Below are positions 1 through 12,093 of a DNA stretch of 64,000 nucleotides, one piece after another. A program made the position numbers and the translations under genes. The notes under the pieces are model-generated. The model ran no database searches. It worked only from the letters and a program-made list of their open reading frames with translations, and had not been told where the DNA came from. The DNA is from Hyphochytrium catenoides (taxonomy: Eukaryota > Protista > Hyphochytriomycota): NCBI GenBank assembly GCA_900088475.1, contig FLMG01000971.1, positions 1 through 64,000 on the forward strand, given 5' to 3'. Position 1 is the first letter of the stretch. Every line of letters starts with the position of its first letter.

Positions 1-170
1 AAGGCTTGATTCTATGGAACAAGATTACTTGCAGAAGTTCTCCGCTGTTCAAGCTATACTCCAGGTACTGAATACACTCTCCTTAAAATATTCACGCTGC
101 CTCATCGCTCACCTTATTACTTTCTCTTTGGTGTCCTTCTACGCTCACCAACTTTCCTCAAGGAGCTCTG
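1..170 (+). CDS. Possible 3' end of an unidentified gene entering the window (..RLDSMEQDYLQKFSAVQAILQ|EL*)
   Basis: Open helical-looking frame up to a CAG|GTACT donor at ~64, a pyrimidine tract and AAG|GAGCTCTGA at ~161-170; convergent on Ric-8. No recognisable domain. Confidence 0.3.
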
Positions 171-308
171 AGGCGTTCCTACTCCGAAGTATCTTACACA
201 TTCCTAGACCTCTCTTCCTGGTCACTTTAGCTGACGTTAAACGTGCTCTTGACCCCTTGTGTCTTCGTAGTCCATTCTAGCAGCAGTCGGTGTAGAGGGA
301 GGTCATCT

Positions 309-3300
309 CTAGATGAAGTTCTTCATCTTCAGCAAGGCAACAGCGTTGCCAAAACCTGTACGACGAGAGAACTCCTCCTCTACACATACAGAGGAGGACG
401 GATTGGTATTGGGCCAAAGGAGGGAGAAGGATTAGGCATTGAAAGCCGAAGCATCTTGGTCAAGGCAACGTACTGTCACTGTTACAGAGAAGGAACACTA
501 GCTCCGTTGCAAGTCTCTTCACAGTGGAATCCAGAGATGTCATCAACTTCATTAGCTGCAAGGGATGGAGGGCGGCCGTCAGAGTCATGGCTTTGTTTCG
601 TTCCCCTTCTCATCGGCCAAGAACAGTATCTGCAGGATGGAGCTTGCGCTCTTGTTTCACCCTTCAGTGCGTTAGTCTTCTCTCTGGGCTGCCTCTCACC
701 TTCCAGCGCAACGTCCCTGGAGCCGCATCTTCAGGATGCATGGCCCGTTCCTTTCTATAGCGCTCATACTCTTCTTTAAATTTAGTCCTACGGAAAGATA
801 TCATGGTCATGACATGGGGGCAGAAGCGGTCCACTCAAAGACATGGAAAAGGCTAGACCAAAATCACACAGGAGCGTAGATAGATTGAACTATCTCTCTC
901 CTACTTGTCTTCAGCCATCTGGAGCCCAGAAAACGTTTGAATAAACTCTGCTTGAACCGCCTGCTGCTCCTTTCTAAGTTCTAGGAATGGAACGAGACAA
1001 TGTGTCAGGATTATTGCCAGACAACGACCAGGGTCTCATGATAGGGAATGCATCAAATAACATACCCAAATCACGCTCGGGGGGAAAGATTGCGTCTCTG
1101 AGCTTTTTCTGAGCAAACTTGCTTGATTGGGTCATTCGGAGAAGAAGCGCAAGAATAGGACCCAATGTGGGAGCCTGAGGTCTGGTGAAGCGAAACATGA
1201 GTATTCATGGCAAGGTAAGGAGACCTTGATAGCGGACGCCAGCAATCAGAAGGATAGAAGCCGTAGAAATCTTTGAGCTTACGCTGTCTTCTCTATTAGA
1301 GCCACATCCAGTTGGGTTGTCAAGATGTCCAGAAGAGGTCTGATCGCATCATTAGCAGTTAAAAAGTCCGTCAGGTCCGTTGGCGCGTAGGTCAGAAGAT
1401 TAACGACCTAACGAGAGACCAAATGAGGGAAGAACAGAGAAGGGAAGGTAAGGCCTCCCTCAAAGTCCATCGGCTCATGAGAGTAACGACATTTAATTCA
1501 GCTTTACATTGAGCTTTGCTTCATAAGCTCCTGCAGGGTAGTCCGGTAGAAACAGCATTCTGGTCAGCGCGCACCCCAGCCTGTATGGAAAGACGCTTAT
1601 TAAAGAATGGTTGGAGCAGCTAAAGAATCCCCGCCTGCCTTACTGGGTCATCATCTCCTGATCTTTGCTCGATAGGGCTTCCTATAATAGATAAAGCCAA
1701 GCAGAAATCGAAGCTTAGCTACACAGTACACAGAGAGTACTACAGACGAGGTTAATTTATGGTAGGAAATACAGAACCCACAAAAGGCAAAGGCTCCAGT
1801 AGGTGGCTGTAGGCCATGTAGCAAACACTAGTGCCGCCACGCGCACGATGAAGAATAGACACACCGTTAAAAGCAGCAAACGAGCAGGTAGAAGGAAGAG
1901 ACCTTACCTTCGTGGTGTTGATCGCAAGTATGAAAAGAATCTTTAGGAGCTTGTTGATGAGCTCCAGCATCTGATTGAGCTGTGTCCGCGGTGGCTGGCT
2001 GTCAGGCTTCACTAGCCATACAAGCGTCTGAAACGAAGTTCAAGGCAAGGGGTCAGCCTTAGCCGGACAAACCAGGTCTGTTCCTTGGCAGAGGGGCTAG
2101 CGATATGGTATAGTAGTAAGCCCACTTTGAATTTAGTCAACGAACATACCGGGACTAAGACGGGGAGGGGGTCTTGTTTATCCAGAACAGCTGCATATTT
2201 CGGGTTTTCGTAGAGGAGGTTATTCAAGCAAGCACATACTGCTGAGTGAAAGGAGGGGGATGCACTCTCCTACAAGGGAGCATCGAGGAAAGGCTGATTA
2301 GAAAGGAGGAGACGGATTAACCTCTTGCAGATTGGTTGAATGGAGAGGCAGGAAAGCGACAACCTAGGTCCAAACTAGCTGCGATAAATAAGGATCGGCG
2401 TACCGCTAGTAGAAAGAGAAGCGTCTTCAGTCCTCCCTGACTAACGAACTTCTCCTCCTCCAAGCTCCGTCCATAAAGATAGTTTGTCACGCACCGCATT
2501 GCTTCCGTCGCCACTGCGTCCGCCTGACCTGAGGTTCGGGGCTTGCATTTCGTTGCTATGAGAACAAAGAGCTCAAGGGCCTGAAACAAGCGAGCAGTTA
2601 CCTACAAGAACGCCTAGACCTAGATGCAAAGGCCGAACGAAGGACAAGTTGATGATGGAAGGCAGCGATAAGTGATTATGAGAGCCATCAAAGCTTGGTG
2701 GGCAGAAGGCAGGTGTCCCTAACAAGAACGATACTCAAACGGGATGGAGGGAAAAATGACCTTACTATCAGACCTGAGGTGGGCCTACCTGCGGGCTAAG
2801 TAGAGCATCAACCCCTATTCTTTCCCTCATGAGGATTCGACAACCTCTCAGTGCAAACATAAGGACTACGGAACGGCCAAGAGAGGAGTGTTAGTCCTTG
2901 TACCTGCCGTCCCGCTTTAGGGTATTTTGCCCCAGCTTCCAGGCCTCCTTATCCTTCCCGGCTGCCATCGGTTTAATTTTAGCTGGTGTCAAGTGTATCT
3001 TCTAAGTTTCAGTTTCTCTGATACAGCATGAGAAGCTCCTCTACGCCCTCTTTTCTTCACTTACCTCTAAGGCTACCATCTTCCAGGAGAGATAGCCTTT
3101 GTGTGCGATCCCTAATAATACTCAAGAGCCCTCCCGACACCTGTTGCTTCATCGTCTCACCACAGAAGGGTACAAGCGCTGTCGAGACTACAGGAGGAAA
3201 GAATTAGTTAAGCCTCTTAAGAGAGAGAGTCGCGATCACAGAGGCGGTGATGTGCGTGGTGGAAAATTGTCTGTATGGGAGACCCCAGGTGCGGTCAGAT

Positions 3301-3680
3301 GAAGGGGAGTAGAGAGATGTTTATGGAGCTCAGGCTATAGAACAGAAGTGAAGATTAAACACGGAGACGAACTGTAAGCTCGATAAACAGTCTAGTTCGG
3401 TGGAGAAGACAACTCTGGTCTCACCGCTCTGCATTCCTTAGCGCAGTCAGAGGGACTACTTACCGTCATGCACTTTGCAGAAACAATCCAGAGTGTCTCC
3501 TAACTGTGAATCAGATGTCGACGGTCCTAGCTCTAGTAGACTTCTAATTGTGGATGTTCTTAAATCCTCATGACCTCCCACCATCGTACCCTCAGAATGC
3601 GTTGCCCGATAAGGCGGAGGACTGATGCTTCCTGCCGGAGTAGACGTTGGTGCCATGCTGAAGGAGGATGGAAGGGACAT
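309..3680 (-). CDS. RIC8: Ric-8/synembryin family G-alpha chaperone/GEF, about 12 or more exons
   Basis: Spliced exons give family motifs: VLMFALRGCRILMRER, EAMRCVTNYLY, LLKILFIL, TLGPILALLLRMTQSSKFAQKKLRDAIFPPERD, GTLRWK|LMKLMTSLDSTVKRLATELVFLLC and FSRRTGFGNAVALLKMKNFI* (TAG at 309-311). Start ATG at 3680 is tentative. Confidence 0.88.
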
Positions 3681-5486
3681 CTCGTCAAAATCCTATTGCT
3701 CTCGGTAAAGGGATCGTTCTCAAGCGTCGTTGCTCCGATGCGAAGCTTGGTAAGAAGTCGGACCCCGATATGGATGTTGCCAGAAGGAATTAAAGAGCCA
3801 GATCAGCTGCCAGATCGTCCTTCCTGAAGCATATAGTGCAGATGTAGGCAGCAGAGAAGCAAGGACCGACTCAGTTCAGATCGCCTCGCCTCGACATCTC
3901 GCTATCGTCTCCTGCAGCTCCAGGCCAAGCCGATCCTCGACAAGAGTCGGAACTCGACTAGTTGTACTTCCAGCAGCAAAAAACGTTTCACCAAGATCTT
4001 ACAAAGAAATCTGGAATCGCGGGGGAACTCTCGAAGCCGACTCCGAGAGGAGCTCTGGGTAGGTAACTGTTTTACAGTACTTGTACGAACAAGTACCTGT
4101 ACGACAAGTGACGACGGGTCCAAGGGGAGCTCTGAATATCAATGATCATTTATCCCTTGTACAGTTGCACACGTACCTTTCTACTAGTTCTCCTATAGTA
4201 GTTGTAGCTAGTAGTGAAGTCCTCTGCTGCTGTTGAGATGTCCAAGAGGTCTTCTATGACCGACGAAGTGACGGAGTCATCGTGCATCATATCCTCCTTG
4301 CTGCTGCTGCATTGTTGGCCGCGCTCCTCCTCCTCCTCCTGCTTGTTGCTGCCGGATGCTGCTGCTGCTTCGAGCTGCTGTTGCTACAATCAATGAGTTA
4401 GCATCAGCGCTGCCGCAGCAGGCACGAGTTCAGGATCAATGTATGAGGAAATGACGGTGCTGCTGCCTTCTTCTGCTGCTTCATTTCTCCTCTTCCGGAC
4501 TCCCTTACACATTTCTCTGCGCTGGGCCAACGACGTTGGACGACTATTATTAAACAAGAATGTAGCTAGCAGCCCTATACGAGCATCAAGGAAAGAGCTC
4601 TGCACCAGCATAAAGCAGCTTCCATAGTTAAGCGAATACAAAGACTGTATCATCTAGAAGAGAAGAAGTGAAAGAAGACGACGATCTCTTACCTCGGGTT
4701 AAGAAATGAAAAGTGCAGGTCAAGGAGAGTCGTCTTTAGCTCTAAATCGGCACGACAGCACAACGGTTATACAGGATCTCGTTGTAGCTACGATTACTGG
4801 GTAGTGAGAAAGAGGGAAAGAGCCGGAGGAAAGGAATGAACGAGAATCACCGGCGAGCCACTTGCTTCTTGCAACTCATCTTCTACCATCGCTATCATCA
4901 ATCTTTAGGCCGCAACACATATCACCACTGAAAGAACTCTCGGTTTATCTACCATCTTACTTTACTCCGAACTGCTCCACACTTTACGGTGTGATTAACA
5001 AAGAATATGTGAACCATCCAGATGTTGCAGGCACCATTCGCTGAAGAGCAGATTGCAGGAGTAGAATGATGATGCGGATCACGCAGACTCTGGATGAGAA
5101 CCTCGTGATGCAAGATTCGTACAGAACGAGCAGGCTAGCAGTGATGATCGCCGCGGCTGGTGTCACAAACAATAACGAGCGAGTCATTGGACTGCTATGA
5201 TATACAATGGTACATGGGACCATTCTACATTGCATGCGAGAGTGTAGCATGGCATCCAGATCGAATCCCTAGCCTTTGAAAGTGAATCAAGATAATCAGG
5301 GCTATTTTGACAATCACCTGGGACAGAAGCTGACATTTAAAGGTTACATACAGTTACTTACACCAAGAATATGATACCTAGGCTTGGCTATGCTATGTGA
5401 GCCCAGCCTTGTCCTCCCTTGCGGACCATGCACCACATGGCCCCCACCTAACTAATCAGGAGAAACTCTAAGAGCAGAAGTACTGC

Positions 5487-6857
5487 TTAAAGAGAGAGTC
5501 TATTCATTGATCCACTAATTCTCCACATGTCGCCACTGACATCTTCTTCTGCCCCGTTATTGTTCATCAGAAGCTCTGATAGGATGCCAGCAGTTGAGGA
5601 CAGTCTTGATGAGCTGGGATCACCTGCTAATTCCTTCAGAAACTCGTCGAGGCTTGCCCTACCTAGAATACTGTTATTGCCCACTGAAGGAACTTCCCTA
5701 ACAGTGATTGGAAGAGAAGGTAAAAGTCTGCCATCGATTCTTAGTTCCGAAGGGTTGGGAGTAGTCTGGTCCTGAGATCTGAACTGGCTACTAGAGGTTG
5801 CCGGGCTCGGCAGAATGATGGGGTTATGCTGGTAGCTCTCAGTACTGATTGCCGTTGTAGAGTTGTTGGTAGAGCTCATGGAAGACACAGGAAAATGTTG
5901 CTGTTGGAAGAATAGCGGCGGCGGAGGGTTTTGCTTCGGTTGGCCTTGGGGCCCCCACATCACCTCGTTATTGGCACTGGGCAGAGCCTGCTGCTGGTGG
6001 AAAGCAGGAGGTGTGGGAAATGGAGGAAGAAAGTTCTTATTCTGGGCCTGATTCATAGCAAAAGCCTGAGCGATGCTCGGAACTCCATACACCACGTGGT
6101 GGTGATGGCTAACTGCTGGTTGCTGGTGGTGGTGATGAGAGGCACCAGCTAGCTGCTCCTGTCTTCTCTCCGCAACCTGTTTGGCAAGCTTACGGCAGAG
6201 TGACTTCCATCTGATCTTGACTGCATCCTCAGTACGACCCTCCAGCATCGACGCGATCTGACTCCATCTGTTGCCTAGCATTGCCTGGGCTTGTAGGATG
6301 ACCTTGTCCTCTTCCTCTGAGAACGGGTTCTTGTTGATTTGAGGGTCCAGATGATTGTACCACCGTTCTCTGCACTGCTTTGAAGTTCTTCCAGGAATCT
6401 TTGAAGCTACCTGACCCCAGTTCCTTCGCCCTTCTGCTACTAGGTTGCGAAGCAATTCGTCCTCGTTTGGCTGCCATGGGCCTTTCTTCAGACCAGGTGC
6501 AAGCACCTTTGTCCACCGTTGGAGGCACTGGGTGTGGTTGCGGCCTATAATTTGGTCAGCGATAGCCTTCCAATTCTTTTCTCCATGCTTCTGAACTGCT
6601 CTTCGGAGGGCATCGTCCTCTTCTTCCGTCCACTTACGTGGATCTGCCTTTCTTCTACGGTTGGGTGCGCGGTTAATCTGCGGTGGGTTTTGGAGCTCAT
6701 AGCCCGAGGAATTGGAATCATTGAGCCCTTCCCTGGCTCTCTTCTGCTTGGAAAGATCTTCAGATTTACCGCTGACTAGCACCGGAGAGACGGTGCTCAA
6801 ACTTTGGAGCTTATGAGCCCCAGTCTTTGCCACATCAGGTGTGTCTGAAGCCACCAT
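5487..6857 (-). CDS. R1R2R3 (3R) Myb transcription factor, intronless
   Basis: Three tandem Myb repeats (KWTEEED..QCLQRWTKVL; KGPWQPNED..KQCRERWYNHL; KNPFSEEED..GNRWSQIA..VKIRWKSL) followed by a Q/H/P/S-rich tail. First ATG (MVASDTP) at 6857 within ORF 5487..7049. Confidence 0.95.
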   Translation of the reverse strand: MVASDTPDVAKTGAHKLQSLSTVSPVLVSGKSEDLSKQKRAREGLNDSNSSGYELQNPPQINRAPNRRRKADPRKWTEEEDDALRRAVQKHGEKNWKAIADQIIGRNHTQCLQRWTKVLAPGLKKGPWQPNEDELLRNLVAEGRRNWGQVASKIPGRTSKQCRERWYNHLDPQINKNPFSEEEDKVILQAQAMLGNRWSQIASMLEGRTEDAVKIRWKSLCRKLAKQVAERRQEQLAGASHHHHQQPAVSHHHHVVYGVPSIAQAFAMNQAQNKNFLPPFPTPPAFHQQQALPSANNEVMWGPQGQPKQNPPPPLFFQQQHFPVSSMSSTNNSTTAISTESYQHNPIILPSPATSSSQFRSQDQTTPNPSELRIDGRLLPSLPITVREVPSVGNNSILGRASLDEFLKELAGDPSSSRLSSTAGILSELLMNNNGAEEDVSGDMWRISGSMNRLSL

Positions 6858-8085
6858 TCTGTCTAGAGACGGAGAAAGAATTGTATCTCGCTCTGTGGGT
6901 AGGAGCGAGCGCAATGGGAAGCAACGAAGTACGCAGTAGTCCGAATAACAAGCAGCCGGAGCCGGTTGTTCAGGTTTGGAAAGATGAACAATGAAGAGAG
7001 GAGAATGTCGGGTGGATTTCGGTCTGAGGACCTGCAGGAGCCGGGCCACAGGCAGAATAGCCGTAGAGTGACCATGATTTTTCGCTACCGGTGGCTGATG
7101 GGGAGGCCAGTGGAGCAGAGTGGGAGAGAAGACGACAGGGAGAGCCGGAGGTTCGTCTCTTCTTAGCTGAGGTAGCCGCCAGAAGTATTCAGTAAAGCAA
7201 TGTGGCCTTTCCCACCACTAAGGCAAACATGAACAGAAGATGCACTGGCACTCTCTGGCTTCCCTACCTGATGTGTGCCTGAGCAGAACCTGGGGAGGAA
7301 AGAAAGGACCACCTCTTTCCAGGTTGAAGCTGCGAGAGTAAAATGAGCGACATGACGTCGGAAAAAATGCAATATAAGTGAGCTTGGCACTTTATTTACA
7401 TGTTAAGGTGTTGTTTGTGAGGACATCACAATAATGCTCACGTTAACTCCATTAGAAGTCCACTGAGAGAGTTGTAAAACGGTAGTATCACTAGTAATAA
7501 GTCTAGAACGGTGAAGCCGAGTCGTCCTTTGTGCGGTAACATCTTCTCTAGCAGGAAAACATCATCAAGAGTGGCGGGCACTATCAGAAGCAGACAGCCC
7601 TTCAGGGATGGAGAAAAGAAAAAGAACTGCAGATAAAGTGCTACATTACCTTCTTTATTGGCCTCTCACCCACTAGGTCGGGTAAAAAATAAGCGAGAGA
7701 AGCGAGAAAAATGGGCTGGCTTGCCTTTCTTATAACCTTATATAAAGGAATATATCCTAGTAATGAACACCAAAGGCTATAATAGGTGAACAGTGTTCGG
7801 TAGCCCCCGAAGCATGATCCCGTATACTTTTCCTCCCAAGAGAGAAGACTCCGATAAAGGTGCAGGGCATCCACTGACTGTTCCGCCCCAACCGGTGTGC
7901 TGTCGGTACTGCTGCCAGTACGAAGCAGGCCCTCCAAAGCGGAGTCCGCGGTAGTACTTAGACTGTTTGATGCAGCAAGTTCGCAGGGGGAGCATAGTCC
8001 GACTCTGCCTTCCAATCTCTTCTCTCTTTCCCTTGCGCTATAGATCAAATGTTCTTTCTTACTGAACACACCAGGGTATCAGTGC

Positions 8086-8099
8086 TTCTCCCTCCCTCT

Positions 8100-8134
<35 letters not shown>

Positions 8135-8360
8135 TTCTCTTTCTCTCTCTCTCTCTCTGTCTCTCTTCCTCCCTTTCTCTCTCCTTCTCTCTCCTTCTCT
8201 CTCTTTCTCTCTCTTTCTCTCTCTCTTTCTCTCTCTTTCTCTCTCTGTCTCTCTATCACTCTCACTCTCTCTGTCTCTCTATCACTCTCACTCTCTCTGT
8301 CTCCGAGTCCTCGTCTTCATCGTAGTAGTTCTACCACATATCTCTCTCTTTGAGCAGCCC
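8086..8360. repeat. Imperfect (CT)n/(GA)n polypyrimidine tract
   Basis: Directly visible CT dinucleotide repeat. Confidence 0.95.
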
Positions 8361-11300
8361 CCCTTTTGCTCTCTAGCTCTCTGTCTCAACGTACCAAGTC
8401 TTTCGCTATTTCTCTCTGTTCACTTTTTCTTCCCTCCTTATCGGATCCTTTCAGAAAATGCTTGAAAAAAAAGTGATGGCGAGGAGTCGAGAAAAGCCAA
8501 AAGCTGTTCCAAGGCCCAACAACTGAACATGCATTTCCGGTCACCTAAGACTTCACGTTGCTCCTTAATTAGCTGACAGACTACATCTCTTTTCCCCATC
8601 TAGTTCTACTTGACTATGTTGACCTGCGATGTTGATCTGTTTGAGGAGGAGACGAAAGGTAGCTCTCTAGTAAAGAAAGGTGCAGAGACTCCTCCGAGTT
8701 GTGCGAGAAGAGAGAAGATAGAGATAGAGGTAGAGCTACCCAGAAGAGACCTCTCCGTTATGTTAACGATATGTTCAATAGTCTTTCTCCGCTGCTCCTC
8801 TTGTTATGCGTAGAACTATTTTTATTAGAGGGTAAAAGACAGCTCTATCCAAAATGTCGGTAGGCAGGTCTTGGACCGCTATAAGCCGTCGAAGGCATCT
8901 CTTCTGAAAGGCAGCGCTTACCTTTATTAAAAGCTTGGCAGGTGATAGATATCACGCATGGAGGTACGTTTACGTAGAACTAGACACAGAACTAGTAGTT
9001 CTAGAGGAAGGCAAGAAGAACTCCTCTGATTATTATGTAGCCTCAAACCATTTCGCGATGTCCCTTCATGCCTCTGATGGGCTAAGACGATACTAGTGGA
9101 AATGCAGCTCAAAGTCCACACTGTTATCTCCTACAGTTACAAGGTAGGTCTAATGGCAGAGAAGGAAGGAGGTTGCCATGCTCTCTTTGCAATGTCAGGA
9201 ATGCTCCCTACTTAGCGGTAGCCGTAAGGGTATTCTGGAAGCCGAGCATTGTCCTGTGTGATAGACAGAATGACTGGGAAGTGAGAACGCTAGAGCACTA
9301 CTGTTTGCATCCCCACCTGCGAGTTCTCTTCGTGGGCTCAGTGTAGAACTATCTCTAAGCAGAATCTGACTTAGAGCCACTTGGAAGTCATGTGGTGCGC
9401 CAGACAGCAGCGAGGATGCTGGGACATCATGATGGTGGTAGAGTGGCATCAAAGGCCAAATAAAGAACGACCCAAGGAAGGATGACAGCGACGAAAGGAC
9501 TCCGATTTATGACGTGGAAAGCCATGCCAACACAAGTCGAATCCGTCCTCCTCCTGTAGCATTTGCCTTTATTCCGCTCTCTCGTCACCTCACACCTTGT
9601 GTCAGGTAGAGTTACCTAGATGGATATTATCTGTGGACGAGTACCATCATGGTGTGTTATGAGCCTGGGAAAGCTCCGTCTTTCTCAGGTATAAGATGGC
9701 CAAGGGAGATGGGACATGGGAGAACTACATTTAGTTAAAAAAGGATGCAAGGGATCGGAGTCTTTTCTCGCCTTTCTAGCTGCGTTTTTCATTTGATCCT
9801 GGGAAGTAAATAAGGTCGTAGTAGTATTGCAAACGGCAGACCCTGCTGGCAGAACTAGGTATATGACGTGAGCTTGCCAGAGCATAGTGATAGTCTCTCA
9901 ATGGTAACGTCCTTGGACCGACTCTGTCTCTCCCTATTTTTCGCATACGAGGCCTGCTTCATGCGAGCCCGCTGCTGCCTCTATGCCAGCCCTTCATCAG
10001 CATTGCCAGACGACGCTGGGCTATACTAGTGTAGGATGTTTCACAGCAAGAAAGAGGCGGAACTTTATGCCAGCAGATCTTATAGAAAGGCCACCTATCT
10101 TCTAAGCTAGTTCTCCGTGTGCGTCTTGCCCAACCTTGGGATTCAAGCTTTCTCGCCCTCCTGCTTTTGGGGCGGTAGAGGGGCGAAGACTTCGGTAGTA
10201 CATACTCTCCTCACATTGTGGTGCTGGGCATCCCGATGCTTGACAAACATCAGAGAAAGTGTTGATAGCTTTGCTCTTCCAAGCTTGACGACCAGCCAGA
10301 AACGCAGACAATCGTACGCCAAGACAGGGAGGGACGCAGTTCTGTAACAATCATTGGCCCACATGAGGTGTAGTTCTAGTATATTGTAGAACTTGTAGAA
10401 CTTGTAGAACTATGGCCAGCGTCAGGGGATTCGAGGAAAGAGGAAAGGAAGGACAGACGTTCTATTGCTCCGTACATATGGACGAAGTATATAAACGCGA
10501 CCACTAATAAGGCATACCCAACGTGGGAAATGACGGTAACCAATACCAGGGTAGTACCAGGGTAGAGGGGTTTCCCCAGCTGTTTCTCTTGTTTGACCCC
10601 ACAGCTAGTTCCTGAGGATCTGAGACGCCGTTGTCCTCAGCTGGGTAATGCCCATCAATATGTGTACGAGGACGAGAAGTCAGAAGGACTGAGAGCAAGG
10701 TATATGTGGAGGGGAGTGCATGAAAGAACAATCAATAGAGCCATGTAGGCAAGGAGAGAGTAAGAAATATCAATCTATGAGAGTAGAGATTTTTTGAGCA
10801 TGCTTGTGGCCTACGTTGTTGGTGTATAGTAGGTAAAAATCTCCTTCTTCCTACAGCTATTAATGAGTTCTCTGCTGATAGCTCAAGGGTCATGGCCATA
10901 ATTGTTATAGATCTGGATAGCTTCGAAGATGAGTGTAAGCAGCATATTGAAAAGTTGGAAGCCCAGCCCACGTTATGTGGTAACGTGGTCACCCAGCAGG
11001 AAAGTAGGTCAGGAATAACCCCACGGTAGTCTCTCCTCGCAGTCCTCAGGTGCACCTCCTACAGAAGGCAAACTCCACCTTTTATAGAGAAACTGCAAAT
11101 GAAGACAGTTGACCGAAGGCGGACGATGTTGACTGCCTTTTTTGATGCTGCAGGTTTGCTCTGCAGGCTGAAGTCGTCTAGGAGCGCTCACCAGCAGGAG
11201 CAAGACATCACCCTCTACTTGCCGATGAGCCCAAGCTTTTGAAGAGCCATCTACCAATTACCTTCCTGAATTAGTGAGGAATTGAGCATTATCGCCGCTA

Positions 11301-12093
11301 TTTTATGTGGTCCCTGAGTTTTCTTGCCGATATTCTGACTAGAGACATCCGGGTGATACTAGAAAACTATAACGTCGCACTAAACTCAGTGGCAAATGAG
11401 TCTAGGGTGCATTGCAAGAACCTGACAGACCATACCTAGGAACATTAGGATGGGTCCTTGCGTTTGCAGCAAGGTCTGCATTTTGACGACAGCGCTTATT
11501 GATGTGCATGGCTGACTAGTTTGAGCATGAGTAAATACTAAATAGGTAAACTTTATGCCAAAGAGCAGAGAATGACGCCTCATCTTCTCATACGCCCACC
11601 AATCATGGCGCTTGTGAACAAATGCTCTTCGCATCCACTTCTGGCCACTGCCACAAACTACAAGCAGAATGACGTCCACAATTCTCTTCACCGTCTGTGC
11701 TCAGTCTGCAAATATTCTCTTGAGATCTCCAAGTCTCATCACAAGGCGCACTTGGAGCCGACCGTCTCTTGCTGATCTCCCTCTACCCTCGCCTCCCACC
11801 TCCTGCGGCTCTAGCATACTTTCGTCAGGGGAATTCTCCATGTCGGTGTTGCCTCTCTGCTGCACCCCTCCCTTCCCTAGCCTGCTATTCGGCAGACCGA
11901 CTTCGGGACAGATGGAATACTGCTATTTTCCCCCTTCTTCCTTGGGTTCTGGCGCTTATTCCAGCCCTGCTCGCAGGTTCCCACCTCCTTCATACGAGAC
12001 ATTGCTCTACTTTGTGTCTGGAGGCGGTTCAGTATTGCTTTCATGTCTCTCAGTCATCGGAGCTCCAGATCTTCGAACAGGCATTGAATCTCC

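Noticed and set aside
2905-2985. Apparent in-frame TAA in a putative Ric-8 exon, suggesting stop-codon reassignment
   Set aside because: The segment is intronic: splicing ~3065 to ~2866 gives an open DGSLR-VLMFALRG. TAA, TAG and TGA all terminate well-conserved genes here, so the standard code fits.
7478-7511. Two AACGG (MSA/Myb-like) cores upstream of the 3R-Myb gene
   Set aside because: 5-mers are expected by chance and the flanks are not convincing.
8049-8465. SLSL/RERE ORFs here and at ~26.0-26.6, 41.5-42.1, 53.2-54.0 and 62.9-63.3 kb
   Set aside because: These are translations of CT/GA microsatellites, not genes.
9380-9430. GSHVVRQTAARMLGH resembling tyrosine-recombinase HxxR/LGH motifs
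   Set aside because: The spacing between the motifs is far too short, and there is no catalytic Tyr or upstream Arg box.
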